From Acutalibacteraceae bacterium (GTDB lineage: Bacteria; Bacillota; Clostridia; Oscillospirales; Acutalibacteraceae): a stretch of 64,000 bases of DNA. Where the stretch lies: NCBI GenBank assembly GCA_045657845.1, contig JAZOTY010000139.1:2830-66829 (forward strand), written 5' to 3'. The stretch's first letter is position 1. Every line of letters starts with the position of its first letter. The notes beneath the pieces are model-generated. The model was given only the letters and a program-made list of their open reading frames with translations. It did no database searches and had not been told where the DNA came from. Made by a program: the position numbers and the translations under genes. Shown piece by piece: positions 27,932 through 38,183 of the stretch.

Positions 27932-29710
27932 ATGGAAAATCTCACTAACAACAAGAGCATTCTTGACTGGCTGCAGACAAGGATCGACCTCCTTCAGCCT
28001 GACAAAGTCGTTTGGATCGACGGGTCCAAAGAGCAGATCCAGGCGCTGAAGGACGAAGCCGTTGCTACCGGCGAGTTCATCAAACTCAACGAGGAAAAGC
28101 TTCCCGATTGCTATTTCCACAGAACCAACCCGAACGACGTCGCTCGTGTCGAAGACAGAACGTTCATCTGTACCCCCACCAAAGCAGAGGCAGGCCCTCT
28201 GAACAACTGGATGGATCCCGATGAGTGCTACAAGACCCTCGACGACATCATCCGCGGCAGCTACAAGGGCAAGACCATGTATGTCATCCCCTATGCCATG
28301 TGCAAAGTCGGCTCCCCGTTCGCAAAGTACGGCGTGGAAGTCACCGACTCCATCTATGTCGTCTGCAACATGAACATCATCACCCGCATCGGTCAGAGAG
28401 TCCTCGATGCCATCGGCCCCGACTCCACCGACTGGATCAAGGGTACCCACGCATCCTGCGACTCCGACCCTGAAAAGAGATATATCTGCCACTGGCCGCA
28501 GGACAACACCATCTACTCCGTCAACTCCTGCTACGGCGGCAACGTCCTTCAGGGCAAGAAGTGTTTCGCACTCCGCATCGCTTCCAACCTCGGCCGTCAG
28601 GAAGGCTGGATGGCTGAGCACATGCTCATCCTCGGCATCGAATATCCGAACGGCGACATCAAATACATCACCGCTGCGTTCCCGAGCGCCTGCGGCAAGA
28701 CCAACCTTGCCATGCTCGTTCCCCCGCAGCATTATCTCGACCAGGGCTACAAAGTCTGGTGCGTCGGCGACGACATCTCCTGGATCCGCAAGGGCCCCGA
28801 CGGCAGACTCTACGCCGTCAACCCCGAGTACGGTTTCTTCGGCGTCGCACCCGGCACCAACATGCAGTCCAACCCGAACGCCCTCCTGTCCTGCCAGTCC
28901 GGCTCCATCTTCACGAACGTTGCCCGGAACCTGGACGACAACACCTTCTGGTGGGAAGGCATGCCCGACCCGCCCGAGAACGGCGAAGACTGGCTCGGCA
29001 ACCCCTGGAACGGCAAGACCTCCGAGGAGAAGGGCGCATACCCGAACTCCCGTTTCACCGCTCCTGCCAAGAACTGCCCCTGCCTGTCCTCTGAGTTCGA
29101 GAACCCGAACGGCGTTCCCGTCTCCGCATTCGTGTTCGGCGGCCGCCGCGCGAAACTCGCTCCGCTGGTCTATCAGGCCAGAAACTGGCAGCACGGCGTC
29201 TTTGTCGGTGCCGCCATGGGTTCTGAGACCACCGCTGCCGCAGCCGGCAAAGTCGGTGTCGTCCGTCACGACCCGATGGCCATGCGTCCGTTCATCGGCT
29301 ATGACTGCGGTACCTACCTGCAGCACTGGCTCGATATGGGCAAGAAGATCGACGAAGACAAACAGCCCAAGATCTTCAACGTCAACTGGTTCCGCAAGGA
29401 TGACGAAGGACACTTCATGTGGCCGGGCTTCGGCGACAACCTGAGAGTCCTTCTCTGGATCATCGACCGCTGCGAAGGCAAGGTCGACGCCGTTGAGACC
29501 GAGATCGGCTTCCAGCCGAAACCGGAAGACATCGACATCGACGGCCTCGACGTCACACGCGAAGACGTCGCCGCCATGCTCGGTGTGGACAAGGCTCTCT
29601 GGAGAGAAGAGGCCGACGGCATCGAAGAGTTCTTCCAGTCCCTCGGCGACACCGTTCCCCAGGAACTGTACGACGAACTCGCCACCCTCAGAGCGAACGT
29701 TGCCGAATAA
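27932..29710 (+). CDS. pck: Phosphoenolpyruvate carboxykinase (GTP)
   Basis: 592 aa. Kinase-1a loop FPSACGKTNLAML and a GTP-PEPCK-type N-terminus ...NPNDVARVEDRTFICT. Confidence 0.95.
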   Translation: MENLTNNKSILDWLQTRIDLLQPDKVVWIDGSKEQIQALKDEAVATGEFIKLNEEKLPDCYFHRTNPNDVARVEDRTFICTPTKAEAGPLNNWMDPDECYKTLDDIIRGSYKGKTMYVIPYAMCKVGSPFAKYGVEVTDSIYVVCNMNIITRIGQRVLDAIGPDSTDWIKGTHASCDSDPEKRYICHWPQDNTIYSVNSCYGGNVLQGKKCFALRIASNLGRQEGWMAEHMLILGIEYPNGDIKYITAAFPSACGKTNLAMLVPPQHYLDQGYKVWCVGDDISWIRKGPDGRLYAVNPEYGFFGVAPGTNMQSNPNALLSCQSGSIFTNVARNLDDNTFWWEGMPDPPENGEDWLGNPWNGKTSEEKGAYPNSRFTAPAKNCPCLSSEFENPNGVPVSAFVFGGRRAKLAPLVYQARNWQHGVFVGAAMGSETTAAAAGKVGVVRHDPMAMRPFIGYDCGTYLQHWLDMGKKIDEDKQPKIFNVNWFRKDDEGHFMWPGFGDNLRVLLWIIDRCEGKVDAVETEIGFQPKPEDIDIDGLDVTREDVAAMLGVDKALWREEADGIEEFFQSLGDTVPQELYDELATLRANVAE

Positions 29711-29734
29711 GCACGTCGCCCAAATAGAACTCAG

Positions 29735-29766
29735 ATCCCCGCCATCTGGCGGGGATTATTTTTGTC
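29735..29766 (+). terminator. Intrinsic terminator after pck
   Basis: ATCCCCGCC, loop ATCT, GGCGGGGAT, followed by TATTTTTTG. Confidence 0.85.
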
Positions 29767-30232
29767 GAAAAACAGGGGAGGGGTCGCGCACGATCGCGTT
29801 CCGGAGAAAAGGGAGTGGTTCCTCCCGGCCGCAGTCGAACGCTTTTCTCCTCCGCTGAAGTACCCAAGTTGGTCTATTCACCTCAAAATCAGCCCCTAAA
29901 ATCGGACTTTTACGCGGACGAAAGTGCGATTCGTAAAGGCACGAAACTTTACGAAAACTGTTAAACGACTTTCCGCAAATCGCCGAAATGATTTTTCCAA
30001 AATGGAAAATTAGAGGAAAAATCCGTCAAAAGGAAGAAAAAGGCTTTACATTTTGCGGAATCTTATTTTCCAAATTCGAAAATTGGACCACTTTTTCACA
30101 TTTTCGACCGGGTTTTGAACGGGGGCAAGGTTTTGACCTTTACAGGCATGAACTGCGGAAATTTCCGGGGAAATCGTCCGTGAAACGGAGAAAAAAGAAA
30201 CGGCGAATTTGAGAATAATTTGCGGTAGATGG

Positions 30233-30260
30233 TTGACAATTATCGAAAAGCTACTATAAC
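30233..30260 (+). promoter_or_regulatory. Putative sigma-A promoter for acpP
   Basis: TTGACA (30233-30238), N16, TATAAC (30255-30260). Confidence 0.55.
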
Positions 30261-30304
30261 ATAAAAGTGTAATTTGAACACTGACCCCACAGGAGGATAC
30301 AACC

Positions 30305-30535
30305 ATGGTATTTGAAACGATCCGCAAGCTTCTCGCTGACCAGCTGGACATCGATGAAGATGAAATCACAATGGAGTCCACTCTGCTGGAAGACCTCGGT
30401 GCCGACAGCATCGAACTGGTCGACCTCATCATGTCCGTTGAAGAAGAGTATGACATCGAAGTCCCGGACGACGCCGCCGATGAGATCCGTACCGTCGGAG
30501 ATGCAGTCCGTTTCATCGAGAACCTGGTCGACTGA
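30305..30535 (+). CDS. acpP: Acyl carrier protein
   Basis: 76 aa, acidic. Phosphopantetheine-attachment context LGADSIELVDL. AGGAGG SD. Confidence 0.85.
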   Translation: MVFETIRKLLADQLDIDEDEITMESTLLEDLGADSIELVDLIMSVEEEYDIEVPDDAADEIRTVGDAVRFIENLVD

Positions 30536-30557
30536 CCGTTTTCTATCGAACCATTCC

Positions 30558-30589
30558 GGCCCGCGGGTACCACTCGCGGGTCTTTTTTA
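30558..30589 (+). terminator. Intrinsic terminator after acpP
   Basis: CCCGCG(GGT) / (ACT)CGCGGG stem followed by TCTTTTTT. Confidence 0.8.
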
Positions 30590-30661
30590 CTGGACGAATG
30601 GGGAAGTATACTATATAATATAGCGAAACTCATCACGAATTCTTTTGAAGGAGATCTTTTC

Positions 30662-32104
30662 ATGGCAAAGCAGAAAAAGATGGTGGAAGACATCACTTCC
30701 ATGGATGTCGATTTTGCCAAGTGGTATACGGACATCTGTAAAAAAGCCGAACTGGTCAGCTATACGAGCGTCAAGGGCTGTATGGTCATCCGCCCGTACG
30801 GCTACGCGATCTGGGAACACATCCAGAGCCTTCTTGACGGCTACTTCAAGGAGACCGGACACGAGAACGTCAACATGCCGATGTTCATTCCGGAGAGCCT
30901 CCTCGACAAGGAGAAAGACCACGTCGAAGGCTTTGCGCCCGAGTGCGCCTGGGTCACGATCGGCGGCAGCGAGCAGCTCGAAGAGCGCCTGTGCGTCCGT
31001 CCGACGTCCGAGACCCTGTTCTGCGACCACTGGAAGGACGTCGTCCAGTCCTACCGCGACCTGCCGAAGCTCTACAACCAGTGGGTCAGCGTCGTGCGCT
31101 GGGAGAAAACCACCCGTCCGTTCCTGCGCTCCCGTGAATTCCTGTGGCAGGAGGGCCATACCCTGCACGCCACGGCGGAGGAAGCCATCGAAGAGACCGA
31201 GCGCATGCTGAACATCTATGCCGATTTCTACGAGAAGGACCTCGCCATCCCGGTCGTCCGCGGCAGGAAGACGGAGTCCGACAAGTTTGCCGGTGCCGAG
31301 GCAACCTACGCCATCGAGGCGCTGATGCACGACGGCAAGGCGCTCCAGGCGGGCACGTCCCATTACTTCGGCGACGGATTCGCGAAAGCGTTCGAGATCC
31401 AGTTCCAGAACAAAGACAACCAGCTCCAGGCTCCCTTCGAGACCTCCTGGGGCATGACCACCCGGACCATCGGCGCCATCATCATGGCCCACGGCGACGA
31501 CAACGGGCTGTGCCTGCCGCCGGCAGTCGCTCCCATCCAGGCCGTCATCGTCCCGGTCGCCATGCACAAGGAAGGCGTCCTCGAGAAGGCAGCGGAACTC
31601 CACGACCGTCTGAAGGCGGCCGGCGTCCGAGTCAAACTCGACGACAGCGACAACAGCCCCGGCTGGAAGTTCTCCGAATATGAGATGAAAGGCGTCCCGG
31701 TCCGCATCGAAGTCGGCCCGAGAGACATCGAGCAGAACCAGTGCGTCGTCGTCACCCGTCCCGACCGCGAGAAGACCTTCGTCTCCCTCGACGACCTCGA
31801 GACCGCCATCCCGCAGAAACTGCAGGAGGTCCGCGACGTCATGTACCAAAACGCGCTCGAGAACCGCGAGAAGAAGACCTACCGCTGCAAGACCATCGAC
31901 GAGATGAAGAAGGCGCTCGAGGAACAGGGCGACGGGTTCATCCACGCGATGTGGTGTGAGAGCGGGGAGTGCGAGGACAAGGTCAAGGAAGAGACCGGTG
32001 CCGGTTCCCGCTGCATCCCCTTTGCCCAGGAAGCGGTCTCCGACGTCTGTGTCTGCTGCGGGAAGCCCGCACGCACGATGGTCCTCTGGGGCAAGGCATA
32101 TTAA
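30662..32104 (+). CDS. proS: Proline--tRNA ligase (short archaeal/eukaryote-like type lacking the INS editing domain)
   Basis: 480 aa. [52 protein letters not shown]... Class II motifs, a C-terminal zinc-binding region (CESGECE...CVCCGK) and a terminal Tyr. Confidence 0.95.
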   Translation: MAKQKKMVEDITSMDVDFAKWYTDICKKAELVSYTSVKGCMVIRPYGYAIWEHIQSLLDGYFKETGHENVNMPMFIPESLLDKEKDHVEGFAPECAWVTIGGSEQLEERLCVRPTSETLFCDHWKDVVQSYRDLPKLYNQWVSVVRWEKTTRPFLRSREFLWQEGHTLHATAEEAIEETERMLNIYADFYEKDLAIPVVRGRKTESDKFAGAEATYAIEALMHDGKALQAGTSHYFGDGFAKAFEIQFQNKDNQLQAPFETSWGMTTRTIGAIIMAHGDDNGLCLPPAVAPIQAVIVPVAMHKEGVLEKAAELHDRLKAAGVRVKLDDSDNSPGWKFSEYEMKGVPVRIEVGPRDIEQNQCVVVTRPDREKTFVSLDDLETAIPQKLQEVRDVMYQNALENREKKTYRCKTIDEMKKALEEQGDGFIHAMWCESGECEDKVKEETGAGSRCIPFAQEAVSDVCVCCGKPARTMVLWGKAY

Positions 32105-32112
32105 GAAAAAGC

Positions 32113-32141
32113 TTGCTTTCTAAGGGTACCCGTGCTAATAT
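32113..32141 (+). promoter_or_regulatory. Putative promoter for the rimP-nusA-infB operon
   Basis: TTGCTT (32113-32118), N17, TAATAT (32136-32141). The leader contains the hairpin ATGAAGAG...CTCTTCAT. Confidence 0.45.
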
Positions 32142-32249
32142 AATGCAGTAAGTTCAAAAGTAAGTTGTAATGAAGAGTGGCTCCGCCGCTCTTCATTGTT
32201 TATGCGATTCTTTAAAAAAGTACCGGAATCGCCGAAAAAGGAGACAGCA

Positions 32250-32738
32250 ATGGCCAACAAAAAGCACGGCGGGAACGTGACCCAGACGGTCCGCGACATC
32301 GCCGAACCCCTCGCGGCGGAACTGGGTCTTCGGATCTGGGACGTCCGCTTCGTCAAGGAGGGCGCCGAGCACTATCTGCGCATCTTCATCGACAAGGACG
32401 AGGGCGTTTCCATCGACGACTGCGTCGATATGACCCATGCGATCGACGGCCCGCTCGACGAGGCAGACCCCATCTCGGTCAGCTACACGCTGGAAGTCTC
32501 TTCTCCCGGAGCGGAACGCCCGCTGACGAGAGACGAACACTTCGAGCAGTTCCTCGGAGCGCCGATCATGGTGAAACTCATCCGCCCGCTCGACGGACAG
32601 AGAGAGTGGAAAGGCACCCTCGAAGGGTATGAGGACGGCAACGTCACCATCGCCACCACCGAAGGCAGGTCCTTCGTATTCCATAAAAAAGAAGCGTCTT
32701 ACGTGAAACTGGATGATTTCGATTCCTACGTAGACTGA
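32250..32738 (+). CDS. rimP: Ribosome maturation factor RimP
   Basis: The ATG at 32250 (AAAAGGAG SD) is preferred over the track start 32196. 162 aa with LEVSSPGAERPL. Upstream of nusA. Confidence 0.9.
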   Translation: MANKKHGGNVTQTVRDIAEPLAAELGLRIWDVRFVKEGAEHYLRIFIDKDEGVSIDDCVDMTHAIDGPLDEADPISVSYTLEVSSPGAERPLTRDEHFEQFLGAPIMVKLIRPLDGQREWKGTLEGYEDGNVTIATTEGRSFVFHKKEASYVKLDDFDSYVD

Positions 32739-32765
32739 AGCCGATAGAAAGGAAGATCAACAAAA

Positions 32766-33839
32766 ATGAATCAGGAATTTTTTGACGCGGTACAGCTGAT
32801 GGCAGCAGAGAAAGGGATCCCGGTGGAATTCCTTTACGAGAAGATCGCCAATGCACTGGTCGTCGCAGAGAAGAGAAATTACAACGGAAAAGATGTCGTC
32901 TTCTGCGACATCGACCCCGAGAAAAAAGAACTCAACGTCTATCTTCGCAAGAACGTGGTCGACGTGATCGACGACGAAGACACCGACATCCTGGTCGAAG
33001 CCGCGAAGAAGTATAAAAAGACCGCGAAGCCCGGAGACATCATCGAGATCCCGCTCGACACGAAGAGCTTCGGCCGCATCGACGCCCAGACGGCGAAACA
33101 CGTCATCCGCCAGGGCATCCGCGACGCGGAGCGCGGCCGCAACATGGAGGAGTTCAAGACCCACAACCAGGAGATCGTCACGGCGAAGGTCTCGAACATC
33201 AACCCCATCAACGGCAACGCCACCGTCGAGATCGGCCGCGCCGAAGCCGTCCTTCCGAAGGGCGAGCAGATCCCCGGCGAAGAGCTGCATGACGGCGACC
33301 TCATCAAGGTCTATGTCGTCGATGTCAAGGAGACCGAGAAAGGTCCCCGCGCGCTCATCTCCAGGACCTACCACGGTCTGGTCCGCCGGCTCTTCGAGAC
33401 CGAGGTCCCCGAGATCTCCGAGGGCACGGTCGAGATCAAGGAAGTCGCCCGTGAGGCCGGCTCCCGCACGAAGATCGCCGTCGCCAGCTCCGATGAGAAA
33501 GTCGACGCCGTCGGCGCCTGCATCGGTGCCCGCGGTGCCCGTGTCGGCAAGATCGTCGACATGCTGAACGGCGAGAAGATCGACATCGTACCCTACGATG
33601 AAGACCCCGCCGGATTCATTTCCAACGCCCTGGCTCCCGCCGATGTCATCGATGTCATCATCCTCGACGAGGAAGAGAAGTCCTGCCGGGCCATCGTCCC
33701 GGACGACCAGCTCTCCCTTGCCATCGGCAACAAGGGCCAGAACGCCCGCCTCGCTGCCAAGCTGACCGGCTGGAAGATCGATATCAACCCGGAAAGCGGC
33801 AAGATCGAAGAGGCTCCGGAAACGGAAGACGAAGAATAA
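32766..33839 (+). CDS. nusA: Transcription termination/antitermination factor NusA
   Basis: 357 aa with N-terminal, S1 and two KH domains (KIAVASSDEKVDAVGACIGARGARV). Confidence 0.95.
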   Translation: MNQEFFDAVQLMAAEKGIPVEFLYEKIANALVVAEKRNYNGKDVVFCDIDPEKKELNVYLRKNVVDVIDDEDTDILVEAAKKYKKTAKPGDIIEIPLDTKSFGRIDAQTAKHVIRQGIRDAERGRNMEEFKTHNQEIVTAKVSNINPINGNATVEIGRAEAVLPKGEQIPGEELHDGDLIKVYVVDVKETEKGPRALISRTYHGLVRRLFETEVPEISEGTVEIKEVAREAGSRTKIAVASSDEKVDAVGACIGARGARVGKIVDMLNGEKIDIVPYDEDPAGFISNALAPADVIDVIILDEEEKSCRAIVPDDQLSLAIGNKGQNARLAAKLTGWKIDINPESGKIEEAPETEDEE

Positions 33840-33864
33840 TCCAAAACGAGAAGGCGGTGGAACT

Positions 33865-34143
33865 ATGCCAAAGAAGACCCCGATGCGACGCTGTGTCGGC
33901 TGCATGGAGATGAAAGAGAAATCATCTCTCGTGCGGGTCGTCCGAAACAAAGAGGGAGAGATCTCTCTGGACCTGACCGGGAAGATGCCCGGCCGGGGCG
34001 CATACCTCTGTAAAAACGAGGAATGCCTCAAGAAAGCGCGCAAAGCCAGACGGCTGGAACGGGAGTTTTCCATGGCGGTCCCCGCAGAGATATATGACCG
34101 AATGGAGGCGGATCTAAAAAACGATGAACTCACAGATCCTTAA
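33865..34143 (+). CDS. rnpM: YlxR/RnpM-family RNA-binding protein (DUF448)
   Basis: 92 aa. PMRRCVGC...GRGAYLC signature. Canonical position after nusA. Confidence 0.85.
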   Translation: MPKKTPMRRCVGCMEMKEKSSLVRVVRNKEGEISLDLTGKMPGRGAYLCKNEECLKKARKARRLEREFSMAVPAEIYDRMEADLKNDELTDP

Positions 34144-34444
34144 TATGTTCGGCCTTGCAAAGCGGGCTGGAAAGTTCGCCGGAGGCCATGACGCCGCATT
34201 CGAGTCAATCGCCAAAGGAAAAGCAAAGATGTGCTTCCTTACGACCGACGCTTCGGAGCGGCTCAAAGAGGAATTCAAAGAGACCGTCCGTTACAAAGGG
34301 CGGCAGGTTCCCCTCGCGGAACTGGATTGCACGATGAGAGAGATACAGATGGCGACCGGACAGAAATGTGCGGTATTCACCGTGACGGACGCCGGATTTG
34401 CTTCGAAGCTCACGGAGCTTCTTTCGAAGGAGGACAAGAATTAA
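34124..34444 (+). CDS. ylxQ: L7Ae/L30e-family RNA-binding protein (YlxQ-like)
   Basis: 106 aa, [36 protein letters not shown]. Canonical position before infB. Confidence 0.8.
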   Translation: MNSQILNMFGLAKRAGKFAGGHDAAFESIAKGKAKMCFLTTDASERLKEEFKETVRYKGRQVPLAELDCTMREIQMATGQKCAVFTVTDAGFASKLTELLSKEDKN

Positions 34445-36864
34445 TGGTCATTAAATACAGAGTACATGAGGTCGCGAAAGACTTCGAACAGAACACGAAG
34501 GACATCGTTGCGCTCCTCGCTCAGTTCTATGAAGAACCGAAGAAGAGCATGACGGCCCTGGAGGAAGATGAGCTCAACACGCTGTTCGAGTACATCACCC
34601 AGAACAACCAGGTCGAGAACTTCGATGCCTATTTCGCGATGCAGAACGAGAAGCCGGCACCGAAGAAGGAGGCTCCGAAGAAGGAGACCGCCAAAGAGGA
34701 CGAGAAGAAGGCGGAGTCGAAGAAAGCCGCTGACAAGCCGGCCGAAAAGCCTGCAAAGAAAGGGGAGAAGCCTGCCGGGAAGAAGGCGGAAGCGCCCCAG
34801 AAACCGAAGGTCAACGCCGACCCGCATCCGTTCCAGAAGCGGGAGAAGAAGAACAAGGACGGCCAGCAGCAGTCCCGTACCCGCGGCGAGAGACGTACCA
34901 TCGACACCCGTTCGCAGAACGTCGACCTCGAGAAATACAACGAAAAATATGAGCAGATCGCGCCGCAGCAGCGCCAGAACGACCGGGTCAACAACACCCG
35001 TCAGAAGCTCAATCAGAAGTCGAAGCAGTACCGCAAACAGCGCGGCGTCCGCTCCCGCAAACGCGAGACCGAGCAGGAGCGCCTGAAGCGCATCGCGGCC
35101 GAACGCGCGAAGAAGCAGATCACCATCCAGGTGGGCGAAGAGATCACCGTCGGCGAGCTGGCTTCCGAGCTGCGCATGACCGCTGCCGAAGTCATCAAAA
35201 AGCTGTTCGCGCTCGGTCAGATGGCGTCCATCAACGATGTCATCGACTTCGACACCGCTTCCATCGTCGCCGAGGAACTCGGCGCCCACGTCGAGAAACG
35301 CGTCGTTGTCACCATCGAGGACCAGATCATCGACGACACCGAAGACGAAGAGACCGACCTTCTTCCGAGAGATCCGGTCGTCTGCGTCATGGGTCACGTC
35401 GACCACGGCAAGACCTCCATCCTCGACGCCATCCGGAACTCCAACGTCACGGCGGGAGAGGCCGGCGGCATCACGCAGGCCATCGGCGCGTACCGTGTCA
35501 ACATCGACGGCAAGCGCATCACCTTCCTCGACACCCCGGGCCACGCGGCGTTCCCCGAAATGCGTGCCCGCGGTGCCATGGCCACCGACATCGCCATACT
35601 GGTCGTCGCGGCGGACGACGGTATCATGCCGCAGACCATCGAAGCCATCAACCATGCGAAGGCCGCGGGCATCCCGATGGTCGTCGCCATCAATAAAATG
35701 GACAAGCCGGATGCCTCTCCGGACCGCATCCTGCAGCAGCTCACCGAGCACGAGATCGTCCCCGAAGACTGGGGCGGCGACACCATCTGTGTCCCGGTCT
35801 CTGCCAAGACCGGCATGAACCTCGACCAGCTTCTGGAGTCTGTCCTTCTGGTCGCCGAGATGCTCGAGCTCAAAGCGAACCCGAACCGTGCCGCGAAGGG
35901 CGTCGTCATCGAGGCGAAGCTCGACAAGGGCCGCGGTCCGGTCGCCACCCTTCTCGTCCAGAACGGTACCCTCAATACGGGCGACATCGTCGTCGCCGGT
36001 ACCGCGGTCGGCCGTGTCCGCGTCATGACCAATGAGCGCGGCAAACAGCTGAAGAAAGCCGGCCCGGCCGTTCCCGTCGAGGTCACCGGCCTTGCGGAAG
36101 TCCCGCAGGCGGGCGACGCCTTCGACGCCGTTTCCGATGAGAAACTGGCCCGTGAACTGGTCGAGCAGAGAAAGCAGGCCATCAAGGAAGAGCAGTTCAA
36201 CGCTCAGCAGAAGGTCACGCTCGACAACCTGTTCGCCTCCCTCAAAGAGGGCGAACTCAAAGACCTCAACATCATCGTCAAAGCCGACGTCCAGGGTTCC
36301 GTCGAGGCCGTCAGACAGAGCCTCGAGAAACTCTCGAACGACGAAGTCCGCGTCCGCGTCATCCACGGCGCCGCCGGCGGCATCGTCGACTCCGACGTCA
36401 TGCTGGCGAATGCTTCGAACGCCATCATCATCGGCTTCAACGTCCGTCCGGAAGCGGAAGCGGTCGTCAACGCCGAACGCGACGGCGTCGAGATCCGTAC
36501 CTACCGCGTCATCTACGACTGCATCAACGATGTCCAGGACGCCATCAAGGGCATGCTGGCGCCGAAGTTCCGCGACGTCGACATCGGCCGTGCCGAAGTC
36601 CGCAACGTCTTCAAGATCTCTTCGGCGGGCACCATCGCCGGCTCCTATGTCCTGAACGGCAAGATCACGAGAGACGCCAAGCTCCGTGTCGTCCGCGACG
36701 GCATCATCGTGGCCGAAGACGCCATCCAGTCCCTGCGCCGTTTCAAGGACGACGTCAAGGAAGTCGCGTCCGGCTATGAGTGCGGTATCGGTCTGGAAAA
36801 ATTCAACGACCTCAAGGAAGGCGACATTTTCGAAGCCTACGTCACCGAAGAATACAGAGACTAA
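34444..36864 (+). CDS. infB: Translation initiation factor IF-2
   Basis: The ATG at 34444 overlaps the ylxQ stop (TAATG). 806 aa with a Lys/Glu-rich N-region and G-domain motifs [14 protein letters not shown] and NKMD. Confidence 0.95.
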   Translation: MVIKYRVHEVAKDFEQNTKDIVALLAQFYEEPKKSMTALEEDELNTLFEYITQNNQVENFDAYFAMQNEKPAPKKEAPKKETAKEDEKKAESKKAADKPAEKPAKKGEKPAGKKAEAPQKPKVNADPHPFQKREKKNKDGQQQSRTRGERRTIDTRSQNVDLEKYNEKYEQIAPQQRQNDRVNNTRQKLNQKSKQYRKQRGVRSRKRETEQERLKRIAAERAKKQITIQVGEEITVGELASELRMTAAEVIKKLFALGQMASINDVIDFDTASIVAEELGAHVEKRVVVTIEDQIIDDTEDEETDLLPRDPVVCVMGHVDHGKTSILDAIRNSNVTAGEAGGITQAIGAYRVNIDGKRITFLDTPGHAAFPEMRARGAMATDIAILVVAADDGIMPQTIEAINHAKAAGIPMVVAINKMDKPDASPDRILQQLTEHEIVPEDWGGDTICVPVSAKTGMNLDQLLESVLLVAEMLELKANPNRAAKGVVIEAKLDKGRGPVATLLVQNGTLNTGDIVVAGTAVGRVRVMTNERGKQLKKAGPAVPVEVTGLAEVPQAGDAFDAVSDEKLARELVEQRKQAIKEEQFNAQQKVTLDNLFASLKEGELKDLNIIVKADVQGSVEAVRQSLEKLSNDEVRVRVIHGAAGGIVDSDVMLANASNAIIIGFNVRPEAEAVVNAERDGVEIRTYRVIYDCINDVQDAIKGMLAPKFRDVDIGRAEVRNVFKISSAGTIAGSYVLNGKITRDAKLRVVRDGIIVAEDAIQSLRRFKDDVKEVASGYECGIGLEKFNDLKEGDIFEAYVTEEYRD

Positions 36865-36876
36865 GGAGGGTGCTCC

Positions 36877-37230
36877 ATGCCATCCCATAAGTCACAGCGT
36901 ACCGCGGAGGACATCAAGCGGGAACTGGCGGTCGTCATGCAGGGCGTCAAAGACCCCCGCGTGAAGGGCAAGATCCTGACCGTCGTCCGTGTCAATGTCT
37001 CCAGCGACAGTACCTACGCGAAAGTCTACATCAGCGACCTCGCCGGAATGGAGGGGGCAAAGGAGGCCGCCGCGGCGCTCAACAACGCGGCCGGGTTCCT
37101 GCGGGGCGAGATCGCCCGCAACCTCCACCTGCGTAAGGCTCCCGAACTCAAATTCATCGCCGACGACTCCATCGCCCACGGCATGGAGATCATCAAGGAA
37201 CTCGAGACTCTGACAGGAGGCAAAGACTGA
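36877..37230 (+). CDS. rbfA: Ribosome-binding factor A
   Basis: 117 aa, RTAEDIKRELAVVMQGVKDPRV... Confidence 0.92.
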   Translation: MPSHKSQRTAEDIKRELAVVMQGVKDPRVKGKILTVVRVNVSSDSTYAKVYISDLAGMEGAKEAAAALNNAAGFLRGEIARNLHLRKAPELKFIADDSIAHGMEIIKELETLTGGKD

Positions 37231-38183
37231 TGCAGGCTGACATCCGCCGGGTCGGGGAGATCCTCGCAAACAGCGAGGACGTGCTCATCCTCACCCACAA
37301 GAACCCGGACGGGGACTGCCTCGGCACCGGAGCGGCGCTCTGCCGTTACCTGCTCTCCCTCGGGAAGCGGGCGACCGTCGTGAACGCCGACCCCATCCCG
37401 TCCAAGTTCGACTACCTGTTCGAAGGCCTCCCGCAGGAGACGTTCGAACCAAAGTGCATCATTTCCGTCGATGTGGCGGACCCGAAACTGCTGGGCTCCT
37501 ACGAGGACCTCGCGGACCGGGTCGACCTGTGCATCGACCACCATATTTCCAACACGCTGTACGCGAAGGAGACCCACCTGTGTCCGGACGACGGCGCGGT
37601 CGCGTTGTCCCTGTACCGCATCTTCCGGGAACTCGGAGCGGCGATCGACGCCCCCATGGCGGACGCCCTTTACACCGGGCTCTCCACCGACACCGGATGC
37701 TTCCGGTACTCCAACGCCGATGCGGAGTGTTACCGTGCCGCGGCCGACCTCATCGAACTGGGGGCGGACAACGCGCGGATCAACGTGAAGATGTTCGAGA
37801 CCAAACCGCTTGCGCAGTTCCAGGTCCTGTCCGACGCGTTCGCCGGGCTGCGGATGTTCTGCGACGGAAAAGTCTCGGTCCTCAAGATCTCTCAGGAGAT
37901 GCTGGAACGGCACCACGCCGACACCGACACCTTCGACTTCGTGACCGCCATGTCCCGCCAGATCGAGGGCGTGCTCTGCGGCATCACCATGAAGGAACAG
38001 GAAGACGGCTCCTGGAAGATTTCTCTCCGCACCCACGAACCGCTCGACGCGTCTGCCATCTGTGGACTGCTCGACGGCGGCGGACACGTGCGGGCCGCGG
38101 GCTGCAACGCCGGCCCGGACGAAGAGGCGTCGCTTCAGACCCTGCTCGCGTACATCGCCGAACAGCTCGGGTGCGCGTTATGA
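37230..38183 (+). CDS. nrnA: DHH-family phosphoesterase (NrnA-like oligoribonuclease/pAp phosphatase)
   Basis: 317 aa. Motifs HKNPDGDCLG, CIDHHISN and GGGH (DHHA1). Confidence 0.85.
   Translation: MQADIRRVGEILANSEDVLILTHKNPDGDCLGTGAALCRYLLSLGKRATVVNADPIPSKFDYLFEGLPQETFEPKCIISVDVADPKLLGSYEDLADRVDLCIDHHISNTLYAKETHLCPDDGAVALSLYRIFRELGAAIDAPMADALYTGLSTDTGCFRYSNADAECYRAAADLIELGADNARINVKMFETKPLAQFQVLSDAFAGLRMFCDGKVSVLKISQEMLERHHADTDTFDFVTAMSRQIEGVLCGITMKEQEDGSWKISLRTHEPLDASAICGLLDGGGHVRAAGCNAGPDEEASLQTLLAYIAEQLGCAL

Noticed and set aside
30157-30190. Chromosome-organisation sites in the AT-rich spacer: ATTTCCGGGGAAAT resembles a Noc-binding site (ATTTCCCGGGAAAT), CGTGAAAC resembles a half parS, and TTTTCCA motifs resemble weak DnaA boxes or an oriC.
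   Set aside because: The NBS-like site has a central mismatch that breaks the palindrome, and Noc is a Bacilli protein. Only half of parS is present. There is no consensus TTATCCACA box and no dnaA/dnaN context. Evidence is insufficient for any of these calls.
29988-30212. 74-aa Lys/Arg-rich ORF in the AT-rich pck-acpP spacer. Also the 229-aa minus-strand ORF 30046-30735, antisense to acpP.
   Set aside because: No Shine-Dalgarno sequence, AT-rich low-complexity translation with codon usage unlike the rest of the genome. The minus-strand ORF overlaps a clear ACP gene.
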